Part shown: piece by piece, positions 1-10,662 of the stretch
Layout: the number at the start of each line of letters is the position of its first letter
Position numbering within the stretch: position 1 is the first letter of the stretch
From: Rhynchopus sp. YZ270_cl-10
Taxonomy: Eukaryota
DNA: 64,000 nt
Reading direction: 5' to 3'
Assembly: GCA_964035575.1 (NCBI GenBank)
Contig: OZ037844.1
Coordinates: forward strand, 124,001-188,000
The notes under the pieces: generated by a model
The model's input: the letters and a program-made list of their open reading frames with translations, nothing else
Databases searched by the model: none
Told to the model about the DNA's origin: nothing
Program-made: the position numbers and the translations under genes

Positions 1-320
1 GGCGAGAAGAGAAGTTGAAAGTGTAAAACGTCTCACAGGGGGATACCGAAAAAATTGTAAACGAGTCCTGAGCATGAGTCCGTGCGAAGAATTCATCTTA
101 GAACCGCAAAGGTGCGGAAACATCATCACTTCGGAACCGGGAACAGAGAAACCGGTTCGGTGTCAACTATATTTCTTACCCTTGGTCCTTGTGTTCTTCG
201 ATTTTGACCAGTGCGAGGCGTCTTGTCGCCTTACCCGTGGGTGCACCCTTGTTCCACCTCTGACCGGGTGGGGTGAAGTACCTTCCTCTGAAGTCTGCCC
301 AAAACGACGCGTCCACAGCA

Positions 321-1676
321 TCATTCTTCCGCACCGTGCTTGAGGAGAACCTGCACCACATCTGCATGTTGTCTCTGCCTCGCATGGTGCAACGCAGTCC
401 GGCCCAAAAAATCCCTGTGGTTCACATCCACCTCCCGTAATCCCACAAGATAGCGCACACTCTCGATGTGTCCATAAAAAGTCGCAACAATAAGGTATGC
501 TGTGCTATCGTCGTCGTCACCCACACACACGTCCACACCCGCTTCCACCAACATCTGTACAATGTCGAGTTCCCCAATCTCACAAGCACAGTGAAGAGGT
601 GCCCTTCCTAGGCGATTCTGTGCCTCAACATCTGCCCCTGCATCAATGAGCAGCTGCACCACTGAGTGTTTCTGTGCCACTGCGTAGTGTAGTGCAGTGT
701 TGCCCCTGTTATTTGACTGATTCACGTCCACCTCAGGCATGCACAGAAGAGTACGCACAGTCTCGGTGTGTCCATTGGCAGCCGCAAGTGTAAGACACGT
801 ATCTCCGAAGTTTTCTGTGACACACACGTCCGCACCTGCTTTGACCAACACCTCCACAACCTGGAGATCCCCAAAATCGCTCGCCACGAGGATTGGCGAA
901 CGTCCGTTGTTGTGCTTAACCTCAATGTCTGCCCCTGCATCAATGAGCAGCTCCACCACATCTGCACCCGCTGTCTCAACTGCTGCGAGCAACGAGGTGT
1001 AGCCTATCTTATCCTTGTGATTCACGTCGACCTGCGGCAAACCCACAAGATAGCGCACAGTCTCGGTGTGTCCAAATCATGCAGCAATCAGAAGACATGT
1101 AAGCCCATTCTTTTCTGTAGCACTTACGTCCGCACCTACTGTCACCAACATCTTCACAACTGCGAGTGCTCCTGAACAGCAAGACCAGTGCAGAGGCGAA
1201 CGTCCCATGTCGTCCTTTGTCTCAATGTCTGCCCCTGCATCAATGAACACCTGAAACACTGCAGGGTCCTCCCACATGGCTGGACAGGCACGGTCTTTGA
1301 TGTCCTCCTGCCCGTGTGGGACAAACGCAACGTTGCTGCAGACTGACTTCCAATGCTGCAAGAGGACCTCCGTGCACGCAGTGTGGTCTGCGTGGATGCA
1401 CTCACTCAGCAGCATCCCGAAGCCCATCTGCGTTGTCTCAACATACGGAAGAAGCAGTGCGAGGCATTCATCGTGGTTCCCTCTGCATGCCTCGTGCACA
1501 GCATCGAAAGCAACCGTTTTGCTGTCTGTGTCTGGGCTGAGCTTCTCAAGTCCCGCCCGCACGGCAGTCGTGTCGCCGTTCCTGGCAGCCTCCACCAAGA
1601 CCTCGTCTGCAGAAAGCTCTCTTCTCTTTGGTGCCTTCTCGTCAGGTGTGCTGTCTGCGTGTTGCTCCTTCGACAT
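321..1676 (-). pseudogene. Ankyrin-repeat protein, copy A, interrupted by an in-frame TGA
   Basis: ORFs 1077..1676 and 321..1058 are in the same frame (18-nt gap). The sequence reads ...LIAA*FGHTETVRYL..., with TGA at 1077-1079 where paralogues have a sense codon. Ankyrin consensus motifs (GRSPLH, GHTETVRYL, LIDAGAD) are present. Confidence 0.85.
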
Positions 1677-2761
1677 GGTTTGTGAAGATGTTGATATTCA
1701 ACGTTGTGTCTTTTATGCTGCTTCTTTTTGTGGAGGTTGTGAGGTGAGTGGTGTCCCTGAACTGCCTCCCACCCCTGACAAGCACAGCCACAGTGGAAAC
1801 GGGTGGTGTGGAAGTCTCCCTCCTGAGGGTGGGGTGGGAATCTATCTGCCTTGAGACAAGGAGGTGAGGGAGGGGGTCTGTAAGATAAAAACATCATTCA
1901 GTCTTGTTCATGTTCATAATGTATTTGCATACCCCAACCCTCCCCACTCAGTAAGATTATGAACGGGAAAGAGAATGCACGTTATGAACAAACCCCGTTC
2001 ATATTGTGCGAAGAATTAGTTTGCAGCCGAATTTTGCATTCAAACTCGGTGATCATCCTACTAAGTGTGCACGAGTCCCTCTCGCTCCTCTGAAGGTGAC
2101 ATTTGACACCTTCTGTGGTGTTCCTGACACCCTGCTATTTCGTAGCACGTTCGGTGCTTTTTGGGGTAAAATCTACTGAAGCTTTTTGATACGAAAAATT
2201 CATATCAGAATCACAACGTTGGGGAACCGGTCATTTCGGAACCGCAAACAGAGAAACCGGTTCAGTGTCAAATATATTTCTTACCCTTGGGTCCTTTCTA
2301 TGTTCTTTGACCAGTGCCAGGCGTCTCGTCGCACCTACCCCATGGGTGCGCCATTGTACCCGCTCTGACCGGGTGGGGTGAAGTACCTTCCTCTGAAGTC
2401 TGCCCACTAAATGTGGTCGACGCGTCCACAGCATCATTCTTCTGCACCGTGCTTGAGGAGAACCTGCACCACATCTGTATGTTGTTTCTGCCTCGCATGG
2501 TGCAACGCAGTCTCGCCTCTATAATCCCTGTGGTTCACGTTGTTCAAGCCCACAAGATAGCGCACAGTCTCGGTGTGTCCATGCTGTGCCGCAACAATAA
2601 GGCATGTCGGTGTGTCGATGATGTGCCTTAACAACAAGATGTGTTGTGATATTGTTGTCGTCCACCACACTCACGTCCACACCTGCTTCCAGCAACCTCC
2701 GCCCAATTTCGCGTTTTCCATCAGCACAGGGAAAGGTATGATTTCATCGATATCTGTTGCC

Positions 2762-4138
2762 TCAACCGACTGCCCCTGTATCAATGAGCAGCTGCACAAC
2801 ATTTGAGTGCTTCTGTAACACCGCGAGACGCAGTGGAGTCTTGCCCCTGTTATTTGACTGATTCACGTCCACCCCAGGCATGCACAGAAGAGTACGCACA
2901 GTCTCCGTGTGTCCTTTGGCAGCCGCAAGTGTAAGACACGTCTCTCCTTTGTTGTCTGTGACACACACGTCCGCACCTGCTTTGAGCAACACCTCCACAA
3001 CACGGAGATTCCCACACCGACTCGCCACGAGGAGTGGCGAACGTCTGTCACTGCGCTTAGCCTCAATGTCTGCCCCTGCATCAATGAGCACCTCCACCAC
3101 ATCTGCACCCGCCTTCTCAACTGCTGCGAGTAACGAGGTGAAGCCATCCTTATCCTTGTGACTCAGGTCGACCTGCGGCAAACCCACAAGATAGCGCACA
3201 GTCTCGGTGTGTCCATGATATGCAGCAAGAATAAGAGATGTAGCTCCCTTGCTTGTCGTGGCACGCACTTCCGCACCTGCTGCCACCAACATCTTCACAA
3301 TTGGCTGACTCCCATTCTTGCAAGCATACATAAGAGGTGTCCTTGAGTGCTTGTCCCTTGTCTCGATGTCTGCCCCTGCATCAATAAGAACCTTCACCAC
3401 ATCTGCGTGATTTTCATGTACTGCATCGAGCAACGCAGACGAGTCGCCATCACATTTGTGATTCAGCTTAACACCCTGCAAGCCCTCCAAACCCACAAGA
3501 TAGCGCACAGTCTCGGTGTGTCCAAAAAATGCCGCAAGCAAAAGACATGTGCGTCCTTTGTTGCCTGTGACAAGCACGTCCGCACCTGCTTCAACCAACA
3601 TCTTCACAACGTTGAGCTCGCCTGAAACGCTCGCCCTGAGCAGAGGCGAACGTCCATTCTCATCCTTTGTCTCGATGTCTGCCCCTGCATCAATGAACAC
3701 CTGAAACACTGCAGGGTCTGCCCACATGGCTGGACAGGGACGAGGTGTCGCACATCGGATGTCTGCCTCCTGCCCGTGTGGGACAAACGCGACGTTGCTG
3801 CAGACTGACTTCCAATGCTGCAAGAGGACCTCCGTGCACGCAGTGTGGTCTGCGTGGATGCACTCACTCAGCAGCATCCCGAAGCCCATCTGCGTTGTCT
3901 CAACATACGGAAGAAGCAGTGCGAGGCATTCATCGTGGTTCCCTCTGCATGCCTCGTGCACAGCATCGAAGGCAACCGTTTTGCTGTCTGTGTCTGGGCT
4001 GAGCTTCTCAAGTCCCACCCGCACGGCAGTCGTGTCGCCGTTCCTGGCAGCCTCCACCAAGACCGAGTCTGCAGAAAGCGTTCTTCTCTTTGGTGCCTTC
4101 TCGTCAGGTGTGCTGTCTGCGTGTTGCTCCTTCGACAT
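2762..4138 (-). CDS. Ankyrin-repeat protein, copy B (458 aa), C-terminally truncated by a frameshift
   Basis: Same N-terminus as copies A and D. It ends DTGAVG* instead of DAGADVEA, and the degraded remainder of the ancestral C-terminus (...VLLKHGAEE) lies at 2434-2761. Confidence 0.8.
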   Translation of the reverse strand: MSKEQHADSTPDEKAPKRRTLSADSVLVEAARNGDTTAVRVGLEKLSPDTDSKTVAFDAVHEACRGNHDECLALLLPYVETTQMGFGMLLSECIHADHTACTEVLLQHWKSVCSNVAFVPHGQEADIRCATPRPCPAMWADPAVFQVFIDAGADIETKDENGRSPLLRASVSGELNVVKMLVEAGADVLVTGNKGRTCLLLAAFFGHTETVRYLVGLEGLQGVKLNHKCDGDSSALLDAVHENHADVVKVLIDAGADIETRDKHSRTPLMYACKNGSQPIVKMLVAAGAEVRATTSKGATSLILAAYHGHTETVRYLVGLPQVDLSHKDKDGFTSLLAAVEKAGADVVEVLIDAGADIEAKRSDRRSPLLVASRCGNLRVVEVLLKAGADVCVTDNKGETCLTLAAAKGHTETVRTLLCMPGVDVNQSNNRGKTPLRLAVLQKHSNVVQLLIDTGAVG

Positions 4139-5202
4139 GGTTTGTGAAGATGTTGATATTCAATGTTGTGTCTTTTATGCTGTTTCTTTTTGTGGAGGTT
4201 GTGAGGTGAGTGGTGGGTGTCCCTGAACTGCCTCCCACACCTGACAAGCACAACCATAGTGGAAACGGGTGGTGTGGAAGTCTCCCTCCTGAGGGTGGTG
4301 GTGGGAATCTATCTGCCTTGAAACGAGGAGGTGGACGTTATCTAGGTGTGGAAACCGTGTGCATTGCCAAGCAGAGTTTACACAATCATTGACCCAAAAA
4401 AAGAGAATTCTGCAAAAGATCAAAGATGGACCAAGCCTCATATGCATGGGGTAACCTTTGGAAATAAAGTGTAGCTTTTCATGACAGAAAATACAGGCAG
4501 CACCAGTAACCCATGATACACGGGATAAAGAGGACCGTGCATGACTGTACGATAACAGATAAACAGGGGGGGAAAGATAGCTTTTATTACTTATCGACGA
4601 ACCTCAAAGGCTCGTTCTGTGATTTGCGAACTAAAAAAATCACATCCTTCGAACAACAAACAGGAAAAAGAAAAGGCGAAGTACAAAACGTCACCATGTC
4701 ATCACAAAGAGGCACCGTGCTGCTGCAAGACCCATGAGAGAAGATAGGACGGCTGCAACATCCTTTGGTTGGGTAAGCAGCCTCACCGAAACCTTTGCTT
4801 TGCATGTTTAAGAGAAGGGGTAACACGGAGAAGAGTTGAGATGAACCTGAGCCTCTCTGTGCTTCGTCACCTCATAAAAGGGAAAGCAAGATGTAATAAA
4901 ACAAACCGACAGTCAACAACACGGGTCGTGCAAAGTTCTTTTGTGCCGGGATGTGGTTTTGGATATGTGAAGCGCCTGTGACCCACCTGTCGCGCAAGAT
5001 CATTCCCTCCCCCACCCAGCCCCCCTTCAACCCGGACCCCTTGTCTTTGCTTCCCTCCCCCTCCCCTAGTTCAGACGCAATGGCATCTTCCCCTTTTCGT
5101 GCACTGCTTAGTGGTGTCGCTCCGTAATATTTTACCATAATCTTCTATACCTCACCCCCCACCCTTTTGCTTTAACCTTTCTCGCACATCCGCCCCCCCC
5201 CG

Positions 5203-6784
5203 TAGGGGATACGACTCCAGCCATTTTGGCTGGGACCAAACGCACGGAAAATTCATTTGGCATTATCTGGCCATCTCCAAGGCAACTGCGGGTGAAAAAC
5301 ACCCTCAGAGTGGGTCACAGGGGGCCTGTGGGTCGAAAAACGACCCAGAAGCCACCCCAGAATACAAAAAAAATGTTTTATTGTTCACTTTGTCAAAATC
5401 TCTTTGTTTTTCTCTTTGTCTATTTTTCCTGCATTTTTGATTCTCTTCTTTGTACTTTCTTTTGTTTTGGTTGTTGTTAGATAAGCTCAATCGCCTATCG
5501 AGTTCTGTGAATAGCACGGAACTCCTTTTCATGTGTATCCATGGAAATCAGTATCATATGTGATACCGGGGAAAAATTTTGAAAAAAGGTGTCGTTTGAG
5601 AAAAACAAACAAACGGACGCGCTGTGTGAAAAACGAGTGTTTCTCTGCGCGTGATATTTTGTGGGGAAGAATAAAACATTATGAAAAAAGCTCGTTGCGT
5701 TCCTACTATCGTTTCCGCTGCGCTCTCACTAGCGTTCCCACTCCATTCGGTTTTCTCTTACTTAGAAAAAAATAGTGAAAAAACGGCTTTTTTCACGTTT
5801 TGGCCACTTTGGGCAAAATAGCGATTTTTCGAGAAAAAAATCAAAAACCGGGATATTTTTTGACATCACAAAGCCTCCTTTGGCACAAATATACCCCAAA
5901 AGTGGCCTGTGAGTCCATTCCAACCTGTTTTGGACATATTTGACACTTTTGGAAGTGTTTTTTTGGTGTTTTTAGGTCAAAAAAATGCCCAAGACGTCCC
6001 CAAGACATCCCCAAGACACTTTGCACACCCCCTGTTACGGTCATATTTTTTTCGTTTTTTTGCCTGAAACCCCCAAAATACCCCTCCCGGACCCCACATA
6101 GTCCCGAATATCCATCACACACCCACTCAGAGTGAGTAGAAGCACCCCAAAAAAAATATTTTTTAAAGCCCTAAAATTGTGCTTCAGTTTCGGCAGCATC
6201 CATGTTGAAGTTGAAGGGCTTTAAAAAATATTTTTTTTGGGGTGCTTCTACTCACTCTGAGTGGGTGTGTGATGGATATTCGGGACTATGTGGGGTCCGG
6301 GAGGGGTATTTTGGGGGTTTCAGGCAAAAAAACGAAAAAAATATGACCGTAACAGGGGGTGTGCAAAGTGTCTTGGGGATGTCTTGGGGACGTCTTGGGC
6401 ATTTTTTTGACCTAAAAACACCAAAAAAACACTTCCAAAAGTGTCAAATATGTCCAAAACAGGTTGGAATGGACTCACAGGCCACTTTTGGGGTATATTT
6501 GTGCCAAAGGAGGCTTTGTGATGTCAAAAAATATCCCGGTTTTTGATTTTTTTCTCGAAAAATCGCTATTTTGCCCAAAGTGGCCAAAACGTGAAAAAAG
6601 CCGTTTTTTCACTATTTTTTTCCATTTTTTTGTATTCTGGGGTGGCTTCTGGGTCGTTTTTCGACCCACAGGCCCCCTGTGACCCACTCTGAGGGTGTTT
6701 TTCACCCGCAGTTGCCTTGGAGATGACCAGATAATGCCAAATGAATTTTCCGTGCGCAAAAAATGGCTGGAGTCGTACCCCCTA
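5203..6784. mobile_element. Foldback / long-TIR non-autonomous DNA element
   Basis: Left arm 5203-5375 plus 5765-6172 is the reverse complement of 6215-6784 around a 42-nt loop. It is flanked by the direct repeat G(C)9-10G at 5192-5202 and 6785-6796. No coding capacity seen. Confidence 0.85.
5376..5764. repeat. About 390-bp dispersed repeat inserted in the left arm of the foldback
   Basis: Absent from the right arm. Parts recur at about 36255-36435, 37863-37938 and 43037-43157. Confidence 0.65.
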
Positions 6785-7040
6785 GCCCCCCCCCCGTCCC
6801 CTATCAAAAAAGGAAAAGAAGACTATCGCATCAGACAGCTGACTTAAAAAGAGATGTGGTTTTGGGGAGCCCTCTTTCGAGTCTCGACTAAGTGTGAAAT
6901 GCAATTTCGATATTTTCAAAATCTTTTTCGAGATCTCGATGCTCCCCGTCAACAGTAGATAAAGATTTCTTGTGTAGAATTCGAGAAGAAAATTAGAAAA
7001 TAAAAATGTTTTTATGCTGGGCAGTGGGAGTGTCTCCCCT

Positions 7041-8255
7041 TCACGAACACACACACCTACAGCGTTGTGAGTCCGTTGCCACAACAGTTCCTTCCAAGGG
7101 GAGGGGACGGGGACGGGGGGGACCATGTTGCAGGGCGTCCTGCTCTGACACCTGCATGTTGATGGCAGCAATGTCGAGCACCGAGGTGACGCTTCCGACA
7201 ACGACCAGCCTGCGCCCGTCTGTCGAGGCATGCACAGACCACACGAAGCCGACGTCGATGCGTCCCATGGGGGCTCCACTGCGTGCGTCCCACTGCTGCA
7301 CACTCGTGGTAGAGGCCGTGAAGAGGTATCGCGAGCACGCACTGAAACAGGCACCATTTAAAGTGTCTTCTCCACCGGGCAGTGTGCAGAGGGCCTGCCC
7401 GGAGACGATGTCAATGGTGCCGACGGCGCGCTTGTCGCAGCTCAACACTGCAACTGCAAGGCTTGCGTCGGGAGAAAACGATGGTCGCAACATAGCTACC
7501 CAGCACAGCCTTGTCTCCACACGGTGCACCACACGCAGCTCAGGGGTGTCCAGACGGCACACCACAGTGGTCGGGTCTCTGTTGCTCAATAACAGCGTCT
7601 CGCAGGGTGACACTGCAAAGCAGTATCCACAGTGATCAATGGTGCGCATCTTCACCCCCTCGCAGGAGTACTGTACGATCTGCTCACTGGTCCCAATCAG
7701 CACCGCCTCGGTGACCCGCATGGCCACAAGGCTCCGAACCGTGTCTCCCATATGGACCACAACCTCTGCACCGCTGTCCCGCAGTCGAAAGTACACAGCA
7801 TTGCTCAGTGCACTAAAGTAGACGATGTGGTGTGGCATGAGAACCATCTTATACAAAGGTTCACCAGTGGGAGGGAGAGGTGTGACCTCGGTGGTGACGA
7901 GGTTGATGGTGGTCAAGTGTTCGTCACCCACTACTACGAGTGTGCCCTCGCATACGTCTCCGATGGAGGCTCTCACAGGATAGCGCTTCGGCACCCACAC
8001 ACCACTGTCCTGCTTCCGTCTGCTCACATAGGCAGTCCCGCCTGCGCACAGTGCGGTGTGGGCAATCAGAACCTCCGGAGCCAGCACCTCACCATCAGCA
8101 CCATCCACACACAGCCCCACTGCCTCGGCCGGCAACACGCTCTGTGGGTACAACACCGCAACAGCACGCTCCTGCAGATCTGCAGCACTGCAACCCTCCT
8201 CCACCTCTGCAGCACAGCGTTGTCCAGATGTTGTGCATTCAAACCATATCTCCAT
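7041..8255 (-). CDS. Solo ubiquitin-like domain + WD40-like beta-propeller protein
   Basis: ATG at 8255 (MEIWFECTTSGQRCAAEVEEG...). The N-terminal ~80 aa have a Ubl-like pattern, followed by propeller-type repeats (AVSPCETLLL, FSPDASLAV, FSACSRYLFTAS...VQQWD). The upstream part of the 8468 ORF is out-of-frame ankyrin remnant. Confidence 0.7.
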   Translation of the reverse strand: MEIWFECTTSGQRCAAEVEEGCSAADLQERAVAVLYPQSVLPAEAVGLCVDGADGEVLAPEVLIAHTALCAGGTAYVSRRKQDSGVWVPKRYPVRASIGDVCEGTLVVVGDEHLTTINLVTTEVTPLPPTGEPLYKMVLMPHHIVYFSALSNAVYFRLRDSGAEVVVHMGDTVRSLVAMRVTEAVLIGTSEQIVQYSCEGVKMRTIDHCGYCFAVSPCETLLLSNRDPTTVVCRLDTPELRVVHRVETRLCWVAMLRPSFSPDASLAVAVLSCDKRAVGTIDIVSGQALCTLPGGEDTLNGACFSACSRYLFTASTTSVQQWDARSGAPMGRIDVGFVWSVHASTDGRRLVVVGSVTSVLDIAAINMQVSEQDALQHGPPRPRPLPLEGTVVATDSQRCRCVCS

Positions 8256-8573
8256 TGTGTGACTCTCTGAGAGGGGGCGGTGGGAGAAGCAGGGTGTCTG
8301 TATGCTGAGTGGATGGGGGATGTTTAAGTGAATCATTCTTCTGCACCGTGCTTGAGGAGAACCTGCACCACATCTGCATGTTGTTTCTGCCTCACTTGGT
8401 GCAACGCACTGTGGACCAAAATATCCCTGTGGTTCATATCCACCTCCCGCAAACCCAAGATAGCGCACAGTCTCGGTGTGTCGATGACGTGCCGCAACAA
8501 CAAGATGTATTGTGATTGTTGTCGCATGACGCTATGTATACAACGCGTTGTACGTGGTATGGTTGTCTGTGCC

Positions 8574-10662
8574 TCAACCGACTGCCCCTGCATCAATGAG
8601 CAGCTGCACCACATCTGAGTGCTTCTTTGCCGTTGCGCGGCGCAGTGAAGTCTTGCCCCTGTTATTTGACTGATTCACGTCCACCTCAGGCATGCACAGA
8701 AGAGTACGCACAGTCTCGGTGTGTCCTTTGGCAGCCGCAAGTGTAAGACACGTCTCTCCTTTGTTGTCTGTGACACACACGTCCGCACCTGCTTTGAGCA
8801 ACACCTCCACAACACGGAGATTCCCACACCGACTCGCCACGAGGAGTGACGAACGTCCGTCGTTGTGCTTAACCTCAACATCAGCCCCTGCATCAATGAG
8901 CACCTCCACCACATCTGCACCCGGCTTCTCAACTGCTGCGAGCAACGAAGTGTAGCCTTCCTTATCCTTGTGACTCACATCAACCTGCGGCAAACCAACA
9001 AGATAGCGCACAGTCTCGGTGTGTCCAAATCCTGAGGCAAAAAAAATATTTGTACATTCATTCTTTTCTGTGGCACGCACGTCCGCACCTGCTTCCACCA
9101 ACATCTTCACAATTGGCTGACTCCCTTTCTGGCAAGCATATATCAGAGGTGTCCACAAGTCCGTGTTCCTTGTCTCGATGTCTGCCCCTGCATCAATAAG
9201 AACCTTCACCACATCTGCGTGCTTTCGATCTGCTGCACAGAACAACGCAGACCAGTCGTCATCAGCTTTGTGATTCACTTTAACACCCTGCAAGCCCTTC
9301 AAACCCACAAGATAGCGCACAGTCTCGGTGTGTCCATGATGTGCCGCAAGGATAAGACAGGTGTTTCCGTAGTTGCACGTACCGCACACTCCCGCACCTG
9401 CTTCAACCAACATCTTCACAACTGCGAGTGCTCCTGAACGGCAAGCCAAGTGCAGAGGTGAACGTCCAATTTCGTCCTTTGTCTCGATGTCTTCCCCTGC
9501 ATCAATGAGCACCTGACACACTGCAGGGTCCGCCCACATGGCTGGACAGGGTCGCTCATTCTTGTCCTCCTTCCCGTGTGGGACAAACGCAACGTTGCTG
9601 CAGACTGACTTCCAATGCTGCAAGAGGACCTCCGTGCACGCAGTGTGGTCTGCGTGGATGCACTCACTCAGCAGCATCCCGAAGCCCATCTGCGTTGTCT
9701 CAACATACGGAAGAAGCAGTGCGAGGCATTCATCGTGGTTCCCTCTGCATGCCTCGTGCACAGCATCGAAGGCAACCGTTTTGCTGTCTGTGTCTGGGCT
9801 GAGCTTCTCAAGTGCCACCCGCACGGCAGTCGTGTCGCCGTTCCTGTCAGTCACGGAGGCGAAGGCCCCTACAAGCACTGCACGCAGCACAAGAGCTGCC
9901 TCCTCATCAACAGGCTTGCCCACAGCACCGCCAGAAAGAAGTGCCTTCACACAGGCAAGGTGATGCCCAGCAACAGCAGCATCCAGCGCAGTCATCCCAT
10001 CAACACAGTGTTCGCAGTCTGCACCCTTCGCAACAAGAAACTGCACCACATCCGCATCGCCACGGCACGCTGCAATGTACAGCGGACGTGCACAGCTCAC
10101 GTCATTCTCACTGTGCACCTCCAGCCCTGCCCCAGACGCGACGAGCAGCTCTGCACTCGCAAAATCCCCAAGGTGTGCAGCCACACACAACGGCTTGATG
10201 GGCCTCCCATTCAGGTCCAGCTTGTGTTCCTTCAGCAGCATCGCAAGCACCTCCACTCGCTTCAGGTGCAGACAGGTCAGCAGGAGCTCGTCCACATCGA
10301 CTTCCAAGCAGACACGGGTGTTGTCCGAGCATGACTTCCAATGCTGCAAGAGGACCTCCGTGCACGCAGTGTGGTCTGCGTGGACGCACTCACTCAGCAG
10401 GATCCCAAAGCCGTTCGTTCGGTCAACGTAGTGGGGAAGAAGCAGTGCGAGGCATTCATCGTGGTTCCCTCTGCATGCCTCGTGCACAGCATCGAAGGCA
10501 ACCGTTTTGCTGTCTGTGTCTGGGCTGAGCTTCTCAAGTGTCACCCGCACGGCAGTCGTGTCGCCGTTCCTGGCAGCCTCCACCAAGACAAGACCGAGTC
10601 TGCAGAAAGCTCTCTTCTCTTTGGTGCCTTCTCGTCAGGTGCGCTGTCTGCGTGTTGCTCCT
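8574..10662 (-). pseudogene. Ankyrin-repeat protein, copy C: chimeric, start codon lost
   Basis: The ATG-bearing segment is deleted near 10661, a 5-nt duplication (caagacaaga, ~10583-10593) shifts the frame, the N-terminal module is present twice with divergent ankyrin repeats between, and it has the same GAVG* truncation as copy B. 670 codons remain open. Confidence 0.7.

Noticed and set aside
1077..1079. Genome-wide TGA reassignment
   Set aside because: TGA terminates several intact genes here, and TGG encodes Trp in conserved motifs.
5841..6546. Identical ORFs on both strands
   Set aside because: Consequence of the palindrome; no protein-like features.
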